DNA of 10,880 bases from Candidatus Hadarchaeales archaeon (GCA_038872135.1 JAVZGN010000027.1:1-10880); one strand, 5' to 3'. Positions 1 to 7,911 are shown, counted from the stretch's first letter. Made by a program: numbers and translations. Notes: generated from the letters alone by a model not told the origin.

Positions 1-168
1 GTAGTGCATCCTTCCGGTGGTGAGAGTCTCCATCACCGCCCCCCTGTTCTGGAAGGCGACCATGAGGATTTCCCCCGTCTTCTTCTCCTGAGCAATTGCA
101 ACAACAAGACCATTCCTGAAGTTGATCTCTTTCAAAAGCTCTGTGGCATTTTCCTTAGATAGCTTCAT
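1..168 (-). CDS. hisI: Phosphoribosyl-AMP cyclohydrolase, N-terminal part (continues beyond window start)
   Basis: Not in the ORF track. Manual translation from ATG at 168 gives MKLSKENATELLKEINFRNGLVVAIAQEKKTGEILMVAFQNRGAVMETLTTGRMHY, which matches the HisI pattern GLvpaIaQd..tgevLM.a..n.eal..Tl.tg..hy. The ATG abuts the hisE stop (169-171). Confidence 0.93.
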   Translation of the reverse strand, partial: MKLSKENATELLKEINFRNGLVVAIAQEKKTGEILMVAFQNRGAVMETLTTGRMHY

Positions 169-447
169 CTACTTCCGCCTCCTCCTAAGTTCTTCCATCA
201 CCTCATCTAGCTTCACCTCCTTCTCAGCGAGGAGGACCAGGATGTGGTAGAGGAGGTCGGCGGCCTCGTAGACGATCTCATTTTTCCCCTTCTTTTTCGC
301 TGCTTCCACAAGCTCTGCGGCCTCTTCCATCACCTTCTCCCCCGCCTTCCCGGTTGCCAGAAGTTTGCATGTGTAGGAACCAGGTCTAGGGTTTTTCTTC
401 CTGTCCTCAATCACCTCAAAGAGCTCCTCCAAGATTTCAGCGCTCAC
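169..447 (-). CDS. hisE: Phosphoribosyl-ATP pyrophosphohydrolase
   Basis: 92 aa with IEDRK..P.PGSYT, KVMEEAAE and YEAADLLYH motifs. GTG start with GGAGGTGAGG upstream; overlaps the hisD 3' end. Confidence 0.96.
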   Translation of the reverse strand: MSAEILEELFEVIEDRKKNPRPGSYTCKLLATGKAGEKVMEEAAELVEAAKKKGKNEIVYEAADLLYHILVLLAEKEVKLDEVMEELRRRRK

Positions 448-1741
448 CTAGCCTCACCTCCACACTCTTCGCATGCGCAGGGAGGTCTTCCGTCTCCGCC
501 ATCAACTTTATTACCTTCGAAAGTCTCCTCAAGCCATCCTTCGAGAGCTCCTGCACTGTTGGAAACTTCAGGAAATCCTGGACGGAAAGCCCCGAGAGCC
601 TCTTGGCCTCTCCACCAGTTGGAAGGATGTGGTTGGCTCCAACGGCAAAATCTCCCGCTGCCACAGGAGAATAATCCCCCAGGAAAACCGCTCCAGCGTT
701 ATTTATCTTCGCCAGGACCTCTCTCGGATTCTCCACCATTATCTCCAAATGTTCCGGCGCATATTCATTTGCAAATCTGATCCCCTCCTCAAGATCTCTC
801 ACAACGATTATCCTACTGTACTTGGTGAATGACTCTATCACAATCTTCCACCTGGGCGTCGCCCTCACCATTTTTCTCGCCTCCTCCCTCACCTTCGCCG
901 CCAACCTCTCCGAGGGAGTGACAAGGATTGCCGCGGCTTCTGGGTCATGCTCGGCTTGGGCCACCAGATCCGCCGCTATAAATTTTGGATTGGCTGAATC
1001 ATCTGCCAGAACCATCACCTCGCTTGGCCCAGCGATCGAATCTATCCTCACATCCGGCGCGACCACCTGCTTCGCCGCAGCTACATAAACATTCCCTGGG
1101 CCGACAATTTTCTCAACCTTCGGAACTGTTTCTGTTCCATATGCCATCGCCGCTATGGCCTGGGCTCCGCCGACTCTGTAGATTTCTTTTATCCCCGCAA
1201 CTTCTGCTGCAGCCAGGACTGCGGGGGGAACTTTTCCATCCTTCCTAGGTGGCGTGCAGACGATGATCCTCTTAACCCCGGCGACCTTCGCTGGGATTGC
1301 TGCCATTAGAAGGGTCGAGGGATAGCTGGCCCTTCCTCCCGGGACGTAAATCCCGACACTTTCGATGGGGCGCACGAGTTGCCCGGCCTTCACCCCTGGT
1401 GCCATCTGAATGAACCACTCCTTTCTCATCTGCCTTTTGTGGAATTTTTCAATAGCTTTCGCAACTCTCTTCAACGCTTTAATGACATCCTGGCTCAGAG
1501 ATGCGAGGGCAACCCTTATCTCCCCCTCGCTCACTCTAATCTCGTCCAGCTTCACCCCGTCAAACCTCTCAGTGTATTTCAGGAGGGCTTTATCCCCGTC
1601 CCGCCTCACATCTGAAACTATTTTAACAACTGTAAGCAGAACGGAGCCTGCGTCCACCTCTGACCTTTTCAGCAAGAGTTCCCTCTCCTTCTGGGAGAGC
1701 TCAGCATACTTTACTATCCTAAGCGGCTCCGCTACTTTCAC
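437..1741 (-). CDS. hisD: Histidinol dehydrogenase
   Basis: 434 aa with GIYVPGG, GGAQAIAAMAYGT, KIVGPGNVYV, AGPSE, QAEHD (Zn ligands), APEHL and NHILPT motifs. Confidence 0.98.
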   Translation of the reverse strand: MKVAEPLRIVKYAELSQKERELLLKRSEVDAGSVLLTVVKIVSDVRRDGDKALLKYTERFDGVKLDEIRVSEGEIRVALASLSQDVIKALKRVAKAIEKFHKRQMRKEWFIQMAPGVKAGQLVRPIESVGIYVPGGRASYPSTLLMAAIPAKVAGVKRIIVCTPPRKDGKVPPAVLAAAEVAGIKEIYRVGGAQAIAAMAYGTETVPKVEKIVGPGNVYVAAAKQVVAPDVRIDSIAGPSEVMVLADDSANPKFIAADLVAQAEHDPEAAAILVTPSERLAAKVREEARKMVRATPRWKIVIESFTKYSRIIVVRDLEEGIRFANEYAPEHLEIMVENPREVLAKINNAGAVFLGDYSPVAAGDFAVGANHILPTGGEAKRLSGLSVQDFLKFPTVQELSKDGLRRLSKVIKLMAETEDLPAHAKSVEVRLGER

Positions 1742-1742
1742 C

Positions 1743-2315
1743 TCAAATCACTCCCTTTGTGCTCGGAACCCCTCGACCGGGAATCTTCGCTGCAGCCCTT
1801 CTGATGGCCACCCCAAGGGCCTTGAAGATTGCTTCCGCCTTGTGGTGGTCGTTTTTTCCCCTCATAATCTTCACATGGAGATTGAACTTTCCATTGACGG
1901 CGAAGGTCTGAAGGAGATGGGGTATCATGTCTGCGCTGAGGTCGTCCACCTTTCTTTTTCTAAAACCTGCCTCAATCTCAGCATAAGGCCTTCCGCTGAG
2001 GTCAACGGCTACCATCACCAAGGCATCATCCATCGGGACTGTTGCATCCCCAAACCTCTCAATCCCCGCCTTCTTCCCCAAGGCTTTTTCTAGGGCTTCC
2101 CCAAGAGCGATCATCGTGTCCTCGGCTATGTGGTGCGAAAGATCTCCCCTCGCCCTCACGGTTAAATCGATGTTGCCGTGCTTGGCGAAACTGGAGAGGA
2201 GGTGATCGAAGAATTTTATGGTTGTGTCGATGCTCGCCTTTCCCCTTCCATCTAAATTCAGAGAAACCTCAACCTCAGTTTCCTTTGTCTTTCTCCTCAC
2301 CAAAGCCTTCCTCAC
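1743..2315 (-). CDS. hisB: Imidazoleglycerol-phosphate dehydratase (monofunctional, no phosphatase domain)
   Basis: 190 aa with RKTKET, FFDHLL, HHIAED, PMDDAL, NDHHKAEAIFKA and PSTKG motifs. GTGA overlap with the hisA stop. Confidence 0.97.
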   Translation of the reverse strand: MRKALVRRKTKETEVEVSLNLDGRGKASIDTTIKFFDHLLSSFAKHGNIDLTVRARGDLSHHIAEDTMIALGEALEKALGKKAGIERFGDATVPMDDALVMVAVDLSGRPYAEIEAGFRKRKVDDLSADMIPHLLQTFAVNGKFNLHVKIMRGKNDHHKAEAIFKALGVAIRRAAAKIPGRGVPSTKGVI

Positions 2316-3022
2316 CCTGCCACCTCCATGGCTTCCCTTAAACTGAACTTCCCTTCATATAACGCCATCCCGACCACGACACCCCATGCCCCCATTCTCT
2401 TTACCTCTCTGAGGTCTTCCAGAGAGCCGACACCTCCAGCCACGATGACGGGAATGGAAACCCCATGAATGATTTTCTCCGTCTCCTCCCTCCTCACGCC
2501 ACTCATGCTCCCCTCAACATCCACCGATGTCACTAAAAGTGAGCCCACTCCAAGCTCCTCCATTTTCCTCGCCAGAAGCAACGGCTCCAGCTCAGTTTTC
2601 CTCTTCCATCCGCCCACTGCGACCTTTCCCTTTTTAATATCAACTGCGCAGACAACCTTTTCCCCTCCAAGCGATTCTACGAGCTTCTTCACGAGCTCCG
2701 GATTTTCAACTGCAGCCGTTCCAACGATAACCCTGCTCGCGCCATTTGCCACAAGCTCAGAAGCCCTTTCAAAACTTCTGATGCCTCCCCCCACCTGAAC
2801 AGGGACGGAGGTGTTTGCAAGAATTTCAATTATTTTGCCGAGGTTATCTCCCTCCTCCATCGCTGCATCGAGATCTACCACATGCAGAAGCTTCGCTCCT
2901 TCCCTCTCCCACCTCATAGCCTGTTCCACCGGGTCTCCATAGATCTTCTCGGTGCCGGTCTTCCCCCCCACCATCTGGACACACTTGCCTCCTCTTATGT
3001 CCACGCTTGGAATCACCAGCAA
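2312..3022 (-). CDS. hisA: ProFAR isomerase
   Basis: 236 aa, TTG start, with IPSVDIRGGKCV, LHVVDLDAA, VQVGGGIRS and VAGGVGS motifs. This is the HisA rather than HisF pattern. Confidence 0.95.
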   Translation of the reverse strand: MLVIPSVDIRGGKCVQMVGGKTGTEKIYGDPVEQAMRWEREGAKLLHVVDLDAAMEEGDNLGKIIEILANTSVPVQVGGGIRSFERASELVANGASRVIVGTAAVENPELVKKLVESLGGEKVVCAVDIKKGKVAVGGWKRKTELEPLLLARKMEELGVGSLLVTSVDVEGSMSGVRREETEKIIHGVSIPVIVAGGVGSLEDLREVKRMGAWGVVVGMALYEGKFSLREAMEVAG

Positions 3023-3031
3023 TTTTTTCCC

Positions 3032-3892
3032 TCACGGAAGGACTCTTTCTATCGGGACCACCAGGATGTCTCTCGCCCCTGCTTCCCTCGCCTTTCTTAC
3101 TATCTCCTCCACCCTCTCGGCATCGATCACTGCCTGAAGAGCCAGCATCGGCCTGGCTGCTTCAACCCTTGAAATGGTCGGCCCCGCCATTCCCGGAACC
3201 ACCTTCTTCACGGCCTCGAGCTTTTCCTCAGGGACATTCATCAGAATCAGTTTCTTTCCCCTAGCCCTCACCACGCTCTCAAAAGCCGTCTTTATTTCTT
3301 CTACTTTCCTCCTGTTTTTGCTCAGGCTCCTCTTGTTGACTATCAACCTTGCAGAGGTCTCGAAGAGCTCCGCGATTATTTTCAGTCCATGCGTTCTCAT
3401 TGTTGTTCCTGTGCTAACGAGGTCTACGATGACATCTGAAATTCCGACCAGCGGCGTTATCTCTGCCGAGCCGGAGATCCTTGAAATCTCAGCCTTGATT
3501 TTCCTTTTGGAGAAAAACTCCGCGGCTATCCTTGGGAACTCTGTTGCCACCCTCACCCCCGGGCGAAGATCCTTCAAGCTTTTTATCTTGGAATCAACGC
3601 TTGCTGCCACTGCCATCTTTGCAACTCCGAAACCAAGGTCCAGAATTTCCAAGACATCTGCGCCACTTTCGACTACCAAATCATGCCCGGTTATCCCGAG
3701 ATCTGCTGCGCCCTTCTCCACCAGCCCCGGGATGTCTTGGGCCCTCGCAAAAATGACTTCCAGCTCTGGGTCTCTAGTTCTGGCGAATAGCTGTCTCTCC
3801 GTCCTGTCAACCACACCAAGGCCTGCGTCCTCCAGCAGCTTTATCGCCGGCTCCTGAAGCCTCCCCTTGTTCGGTATTGCGAGTCTCACCAT
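3032..3892 (-). CDS. hisG: ATP phosphoribosyltransferase, long form with C-terminal regulatory domain
   Basis: 286 aa with AIPNKGRL, RAQDIP, DLGITGHD, VATEFP and DLVSTGTT motifs, plus the C-terminal PGMAGPTIS...GARDILVVPIE domain. Confidence 0.97.
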   Translation of the reverse strand: MVRLAIPNKGRLQEPAIKLLEDAGLGVVDRTERQLFARTRDPELEVIFARAQDIPGLVEKGAADLGITGHDLVVESGADVLEILDLGFGVAKMAVAASVDSKIKSLKDLRPGVRVATEFPRIAAEFFSKRKIKAEISRISGSAEITPLVGISDVIVDLVSTGTTMRTHGLKIIAELFETSARLIVNKRSLSKNRRKVEEIKTAFESVVRARGKKLILMNVPEEKLEAVKKVVPGMAGPTISRVEAARPMLALQAVIDAERVEEIVRKAREAGARDILVVPIERVLP

Positions 3893-3896
3893 CGCT

Positions 3897-4967
3897 TCAC
3901 CCCCTTAACTTTTTAAGCTCAGAAATAAGTCTTGCATTTTCCTCGTCCTTTCCAACAGAAATCCTCACGTAGTCTTTCCCCGCCCCTCTGAAGCCGGATA
4001 GGTCCCTGATGTAGATTTTTTTCCTGGCAAGTCTCTCGCAGAGCTCTGGAGCAGTGATACCCCAAGGTTTCACCTCAACCATCAAAAAGTTTGCCTGGGA
4101 GGGAATCACGTTCAGCCCGAGCTTTTCAAGCTCCCGCCTCAAAAACTCCCTCCCTCTTCTCACTTTTTCCACCACACCTTTCACAAACTTTAAATCCTGG
4201 AGGGCGGCGAGAGCTGCAGCTTGGGCCATTCTGTTCACGTTGAAAGGGGCTCTGATTCTCTCGATGGCTTCCGCGATCTTTCTGTTGCTGACAGCATATC
4301 CCACCCTAAGCCCCGCCAGCCCAAAGGCTTTTGAAAATGTGCGGAGGACTACGAGGTTATCCATCTCTGGGGCGGCTTTTGCCAGGGAATTTCCGGCGAA
4401 CTCGACATATGCCTCATCCAGGACTACTGCTCCCGCCACTTCTGTGAACTTTTCCACCAAGGCCTCGTCGGGAGAGGTCCCCGTCGGGTTGTTGGGTCTT
4501 CCTGCGAAAAGAACCTTTGCCCTCTTGACCTTACCTAGGATTTCTTCTCCCCACATGAAGCCAGGGAGGGAAAAGAAGAAAGGCCTGCCCCCGTTGCTCC
4601 TTGATGAGAGTTCGTAAAAAGGGAAGGAGGGCTGGGGAATGGCCACCTTCTCACCATCATTTAGAAAAAGCCTGCAGAGGAGATCCATGAGCTCATCGGA
4701 GCCATTTCCAACTGAGATGCACGCCGGATCCACCCCCAAATATTTCCCGATGGCTTCTTTCAGTTTTGTGGCTTTTGGATCAGGGTAGCTTCCTGCCCTC
4801 TCGGCTTCCTCCTTGAGAATCCTAATCACTTTTGGAGATGGGCCATAGGGGCTCTCATTTGAGGCTAGGTTTATAGCTCCCGGAGTCCTTACATCATATT
4901 CCTTCGCTAGAGGATAAGAGGACATTGAAGCAAGGAAATTTTCAATTTTTTCAGAAAACCTCATCAC
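3897..4967 (-). CDS. hisC: Histidinol-phosphate aminotransferase
   Basis: 356 aa with LASNESPYGP, GNGSDE, PNNPTG, DEAYVEF and RTFSKAFGLAGLRVGY (PLP lysine) motifs; his operon context. Confidence 0.93.
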   Translation of the reverse strand: MMRFSEKIENFLASMSSYPLAKEYDVRTPGAINLASNESPYGPSPKVIRILKEEAERAGSYPDPKATKLKEAIGKYLGVDPACISVGNGSDELMDLLCRLFLNDGEKVAIPQPSFPFYELSSRSNGGRPFFFSLPGFMWGEEILGKVKRAKVLFAGRPNNPTGTSPDEALVEKFTEVAGAVVLDEAYVEFAGNSLAKAAPEMDNLVVLRTFSKAFGLAGLRVGYAVSNRKIAEAIERIRAPFNVNRMAQAAALAALQDLKFVKGVVEKVRRGREFLRRELEKLGLNVIPSQANFLMVEVKPWGITAPELCERLARKKIYIRDLSGFRGAGKDYVRISVGKDEENARLISELKKLRG

Positions 4968-5941
4968 CCATCACCCATCTTTTTCTTCATCAAAGCGTCC
5001 CTTTTCGCATACTTCTTCCAGACAAAGTTTCTCTCAAAGGTGAGCTCGCTGGGGACGCCTGCGTCCTCCAGAACCTTCTGGGCCTCATCGAGGGTTTTTG
5101 TTGGAAGGAGATCTTTTGCCACCTTGCTTATCTTTTCATAGACAACTTTTGGATCCATGTAGAAGGTGATGGCAGAGATAGGGGTGAGGAAAACCTTTCT
5201 ATAACCACCCCTGATCTCTATTTTTCCCTGAAGCCCCTTCGCAGCTTTGACTGCGAGAGCGCTGGCCTCACTCTTGGTCTTCGGAATGACCTTTTCAAGA
5301 ACTTCTATATCTTCTGGGGTAAGCCCTCTCGCCCCTAGGAACCCCCCATATGCTGCGACCTTTCCAAGCTGTGAGAGGAACTCCTCAAACCTTAACTCAC
5401 CATCTGTGCAACACCCGAGAACTCCTAGGATTGATGGGGCCTCGAGGTTTGCCATCGCCGCAAGGCTCATGCTGTCTGCGAGCATGCTGTGAAGCCCCCT
5501 TTCCTCACCTGAAGCTAAGACATCTCCACCCACATCTATTCCTACAAAAAGATCTGCCCCAAGCTTTTCCATTGCCTCGTTCAGACCTTCAATCATCCCC
5601 TGCACTCCGAGATTTGGGTCGACTAGAAATGTTTTCTCCTTTAGGACTCCGGCGACAACAGATTCTGTGAAGATAACCCCCTTCTTTGTCCTGGTTTTCT
5701 CGGTAACCAGTCCCACCGTTTTGGAGAGGAGCTCTATGTTCAGGATTTCATCCATTCTCCTTGGCCCTGGCTCCGGGTCGTTCACATACCTCTCCCACGT
5801 GAGGCCGCCGATGATGGTCTCTATCCCTAGCCACCTGAGATATCTCGAGGTTGGGATTGTGCCTATGACATCGCCGCCTCCACCTACCCCGAGGATCATG
5901 GCTTTTCTAGATTTTTTCAGGAGGTCCTCCATTGTCGACAT
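4964..5941 (-). CDS. DUF1152-like protein of unknown function, first gene of the his operon
   Basis: 325 aa with ILGVGGGGDV, GIDVGGDVLA.G.E..L.S.LAD and DGEL motifs, recognised from memory as DUF1152 (no search run). Its stop overlaps the hisC start. Confidence 0.8.
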   Translation of the reverse strand: MSTMEDLLKKSRKAMILGVGGGGDVIGTIPTSRYLRWLGIETIIGGLTWERYVNDPEPGPRRMDEILNIELLSKTVGLVTEKTRTKKGVIFTESVVAGVLKEKTFLVDPNLGVQGMIEGLNEAMEKLGADLFVGIDVGGDVLASGEERGLHSMLADSMSLAAMANLEAPSILGVLGCCTDGELRFEEFLSQLGKVAAYGGFLGARGLTPEDIEVLEKVIPKTKSEASALAVKAAKGLQGKIEIRGGYRKVFLTPISAITFYMDPKVVYEKISKVAKDLLPTKTLDEAQKVLEDAGVPSELTFERNFVWKKYAKRDALMKKKMGDG

Positions 5942-5962
5942 TTTCTCGCTAAAATCTGGGGC

Positions 5963-5987
5963 TTTTGGTATATAAATTTTACCAAAA
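5963..5987. promoter_or_regulatory. His operon promoter (minus-strand TATA box) embedded in an 8-9-8 inverted repeat, candidate operator
   Basis: TTTTGGTA-tataaattt-TACCAAAA. The minus strand reads TTTATATA at 5976-5969, preceded by purine-rich GGTAAAA, about 28 nt upstream of the ATG at 5941. Confidence 0.7.
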
Positions 5988-6020
5988 TCTCAAAATTGTG
6001 TATAAAATTTCCTAAATTAT

Positions 6021-6063
6021 GAAAAAGCTTAAATAGTATTTCCAGAAAATGAAAAATTGGAGG
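6021..6063 (+). promoter_or_regulatory. BRE/TATA promoter and RBS of the Lrp gene
   Basis: GAAAAAG-CTTAAATA at 6021-6035 and GGAGG at 6059-6063, 6 nt before the ATG at 6070. Confidence 0.65.
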
Positions 6064-6069
6064 AGAAAA

Positions 6070-6546
6070 ATGGCGGGAAATGGAGAAAAAATTCACCTAG
6101 ACGAAATTGACCGGAAATTGCTTTCACTCCTCCAGGCAAATGCCAAGGTTCCCTTTGCGGAGTTGGGAAGAAGACTTGGGATAAGCTCCTCAGGAGTTCA
6201 CAAGAGGGTGAGGAAGCTTGAGAGGGGCGGGATCATAAGGAAATATGTGGCGGTGGTTGATCCTGGAGCTGTGGGAAAGAAACTCAAAGCGTTTGTGGGG
6301 ATATCCACAGCTCCTGGAGCCTGCGCCACTGTGACTTCTGAACTCTCAACCATGGAAGAGGTGCTTGAGATTCACGAGATGGCGGGAGAGCACGACCTCT
6401 TTGTGAAAATAATAACGGAAGACACCCTGAAGTTGAATGAATTGCTCCACTCAATTGACGAAATTCCGGGCGTAACATCCACGCGGACTTTGGTGGTGCT
6501 AAAAACAGAAAAAGAGGCTGGAGGGATCTGGTTCTCAAAGGAGTGA
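6070..6546 (+). CDS. Lrp/AsnC family transcriptional regulator
   Basis: N-terminal HTH LDEIDRKLLSLLQANAKVPFAELGRRLGISSSGVHKRVRKLERGGII and C-terminal RAM domain EIHEMAGEHDLFVKI...IPGVTSTRT. Start placed at 6070 rather than 6049 because of the RBS and promoter spacing. Confidence 0.95.
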   Translation: MAGNGEKIHLDEIDRKLLSLLQANAKVPFAELGRRLGISSSGVHKRVRKLERGGIIRKYVAVVDPGAVGKKLKAFVGISTAPGACATVTSELSTMEEVLEIHEMAGEHDLFVKIITEDTLKLNELLHSIDEIPGVTSTRTLVVLKTEKEAGGIWFSKE

Positions 6547-6644
6547 TACTGTATGCCTAGCATAGATATCGGAAGCTTGAGCTTCCCCCAATCCACGGGT
6601 CATTTCTCCAGAAAAATATCGCTCAAAAAGGGCTAGCTCTTCGA

Positions 6645-7125
6645 CAAGTTTTCAGCACTCTTCAATAAGGAAGCTTTCCAAAATCTGGTACATCCCCAAT
6701 TTCAGAGGAGCCATAATTCGGTTGTATTAGAGTTTTTTCTAATATTAAATATTTTGCATCACATTTTTAATACTCGGCCATGAAGCCGGTTACCGGCCGG
6801 CTTTGGGTCCTGAGCGTATAACATCTTCCAAAAGCTATATGGACGAGAAAGACGAAGGAATTCTGCCGGCAGAAAATACTTAGATGCACCTACGGGAGTA
6901 CTGGACATCGCCCCTTCCAAAAGAAATGAACCTTCCGCCTGCGGGCATTATCGCGAGATTTGGGTAAAGGGATCCTCGCCACTGGTCAGGTGGCAGGTGT
7001 AGGTTGCATCTCTCCAAGATCTCTTCCCAATCATCGCATCTAAAAAGAGTGGCATCTTTTGTCGGGCATATCTTCACCGGCCTCATGTGAAGATCTCCAT
7101 CCACCAGAAGAGTGCTGAAAACTTG
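6645..7125. repeat. Perfect 19-bp inverted repeat pair (6645-6663 and 7107-7125) bounding a 481-bp segment
   Basis: CAAGTTTTCAGCACTCTTC at 6645-6663 is the exact reverse complement of GAAGAGTGCTGAAAACTTG at 7107-7125. No flanking TSD seen. Confidence 0.85.
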
Positions 7126-7233
7126 ATTCTTTCATCTGGTTTCAGGAGAACTTCCAAATAGAGATCCCCATCGCCACGGTTCTCTTTAAGACACCGCCCC
7201 TTGTGCCGACCACAGAGGAAACTGTACTCATCG

Positions 7234-7593
7234 TCACTCGCCCCGAACAGGCCGCAGGCATGTCTGAATTCTCACATCTCTGCTCCTGTAGATGAGCTTG
7301 CTCCTGACACCGCCTTTCACCGTGTCCACATGTCCTATGAGCCCTGCCCTTTCCAATATCCTGAAATGGTGGAGCAGTGATTTCACCCCGCCTTTTTTCC
7401 TGTTGCCTCACTCAAGAGATAAGCTCTTTCTGCCTGAGTGGCCCCTCGTCGAAGAGTTCCAGAATTTTTCTTCTGAGAGGATTTGCGAGAGCTGCGCAGA
7501 TTTCTCCAGCGACTTCTGGTGAAACTGTGGTCCACCCTCCATCACCTCAAAGGGGAGATGCTTCTCTATTTTCTTTATCTCTTGAGGTTCCAT
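7234..7593 (-). pseudogene. Frameshifted ArsR/SmtB-family winged-HTH regulator
   Basis: Fragments in different frames: MEPQEIKKIEKHLPFEV / DGGWTTVSPEVAGEICAALANPLRRKILELFDEGPLRQKELIS* / KSLLHHFRILERAGLIGHVDTVKGGVRSKLIYRSRDVRIQ. ALANPLRRKILEL and HHFRILERAGLI are ArsR hallmarks. Confidence 0.75.
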
Positions 7594-7875
7594 CAATATA
7601 CACTTTTTCGGTTGCTTAAATCGCTCTTTTTCAAACTCGGGAAATGGAGCATAACTTTTCTATCTGATGTGAAGTTCTGAAATATTCATCTAGATATTCA
7701 CGACCTTTGCAAGCTTTGGCGGGATTTGCCTAAAACAGGAAAGGAAAATAACAGCGAAAACAGCGCCCCGCGCCTTTTGGCATGTCACATTAGGTTGCGG
7801 AATCAGTAGCAAATAGAAAAGGAGTGGGTGATTTCAGAAGAAACAAGTGCCGGAAGTCCGGTTCTGAAAATATCT

Positions 7876-7911
7876 GGTCAAGCTGTATTTACACCTGGGT
7901 CAAGCTGTATT
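7876..7911. repeat. 14-bp perfect direct repeat with 22-bp period
   Basis: GGTCAAGCTGTATT at 7876-7889 and 7898-7911. Confidence 0.8.

Noticed and set aside
244..5975. Many plus-strand ORFs (e.g. 244-780, 1410-2093, 3174-3857, 4054-4617)
   Set aside because: Antisense shadows of the his genes, Ser/Pro/Phe-rich with no recognisable motifs.
5942..6069. His-codon leader peptide or attenuator
   Set aside because: No His-rich mini-ORF, and the TATA position implies a nearly leaderless transcript.
6049..6069. Longer Lrp start at 6049
   Set aside because: Too close to the TATA box (6028-6035); the GGAGG RBS supports the ATG at 6070.
6652..6657. Cys-TGA as a possible Cys-selenocysteine motif in the small minus-strand ORF
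   Set aside because: No selenoprotein-like context or identifiable SECIS; a nonsense codon is more parsimonious.
7876..7911. Mini CRISPR array
   Set aside because: Only two 14-bp units with an 8-bp spacer, far too short, and no cas genes.
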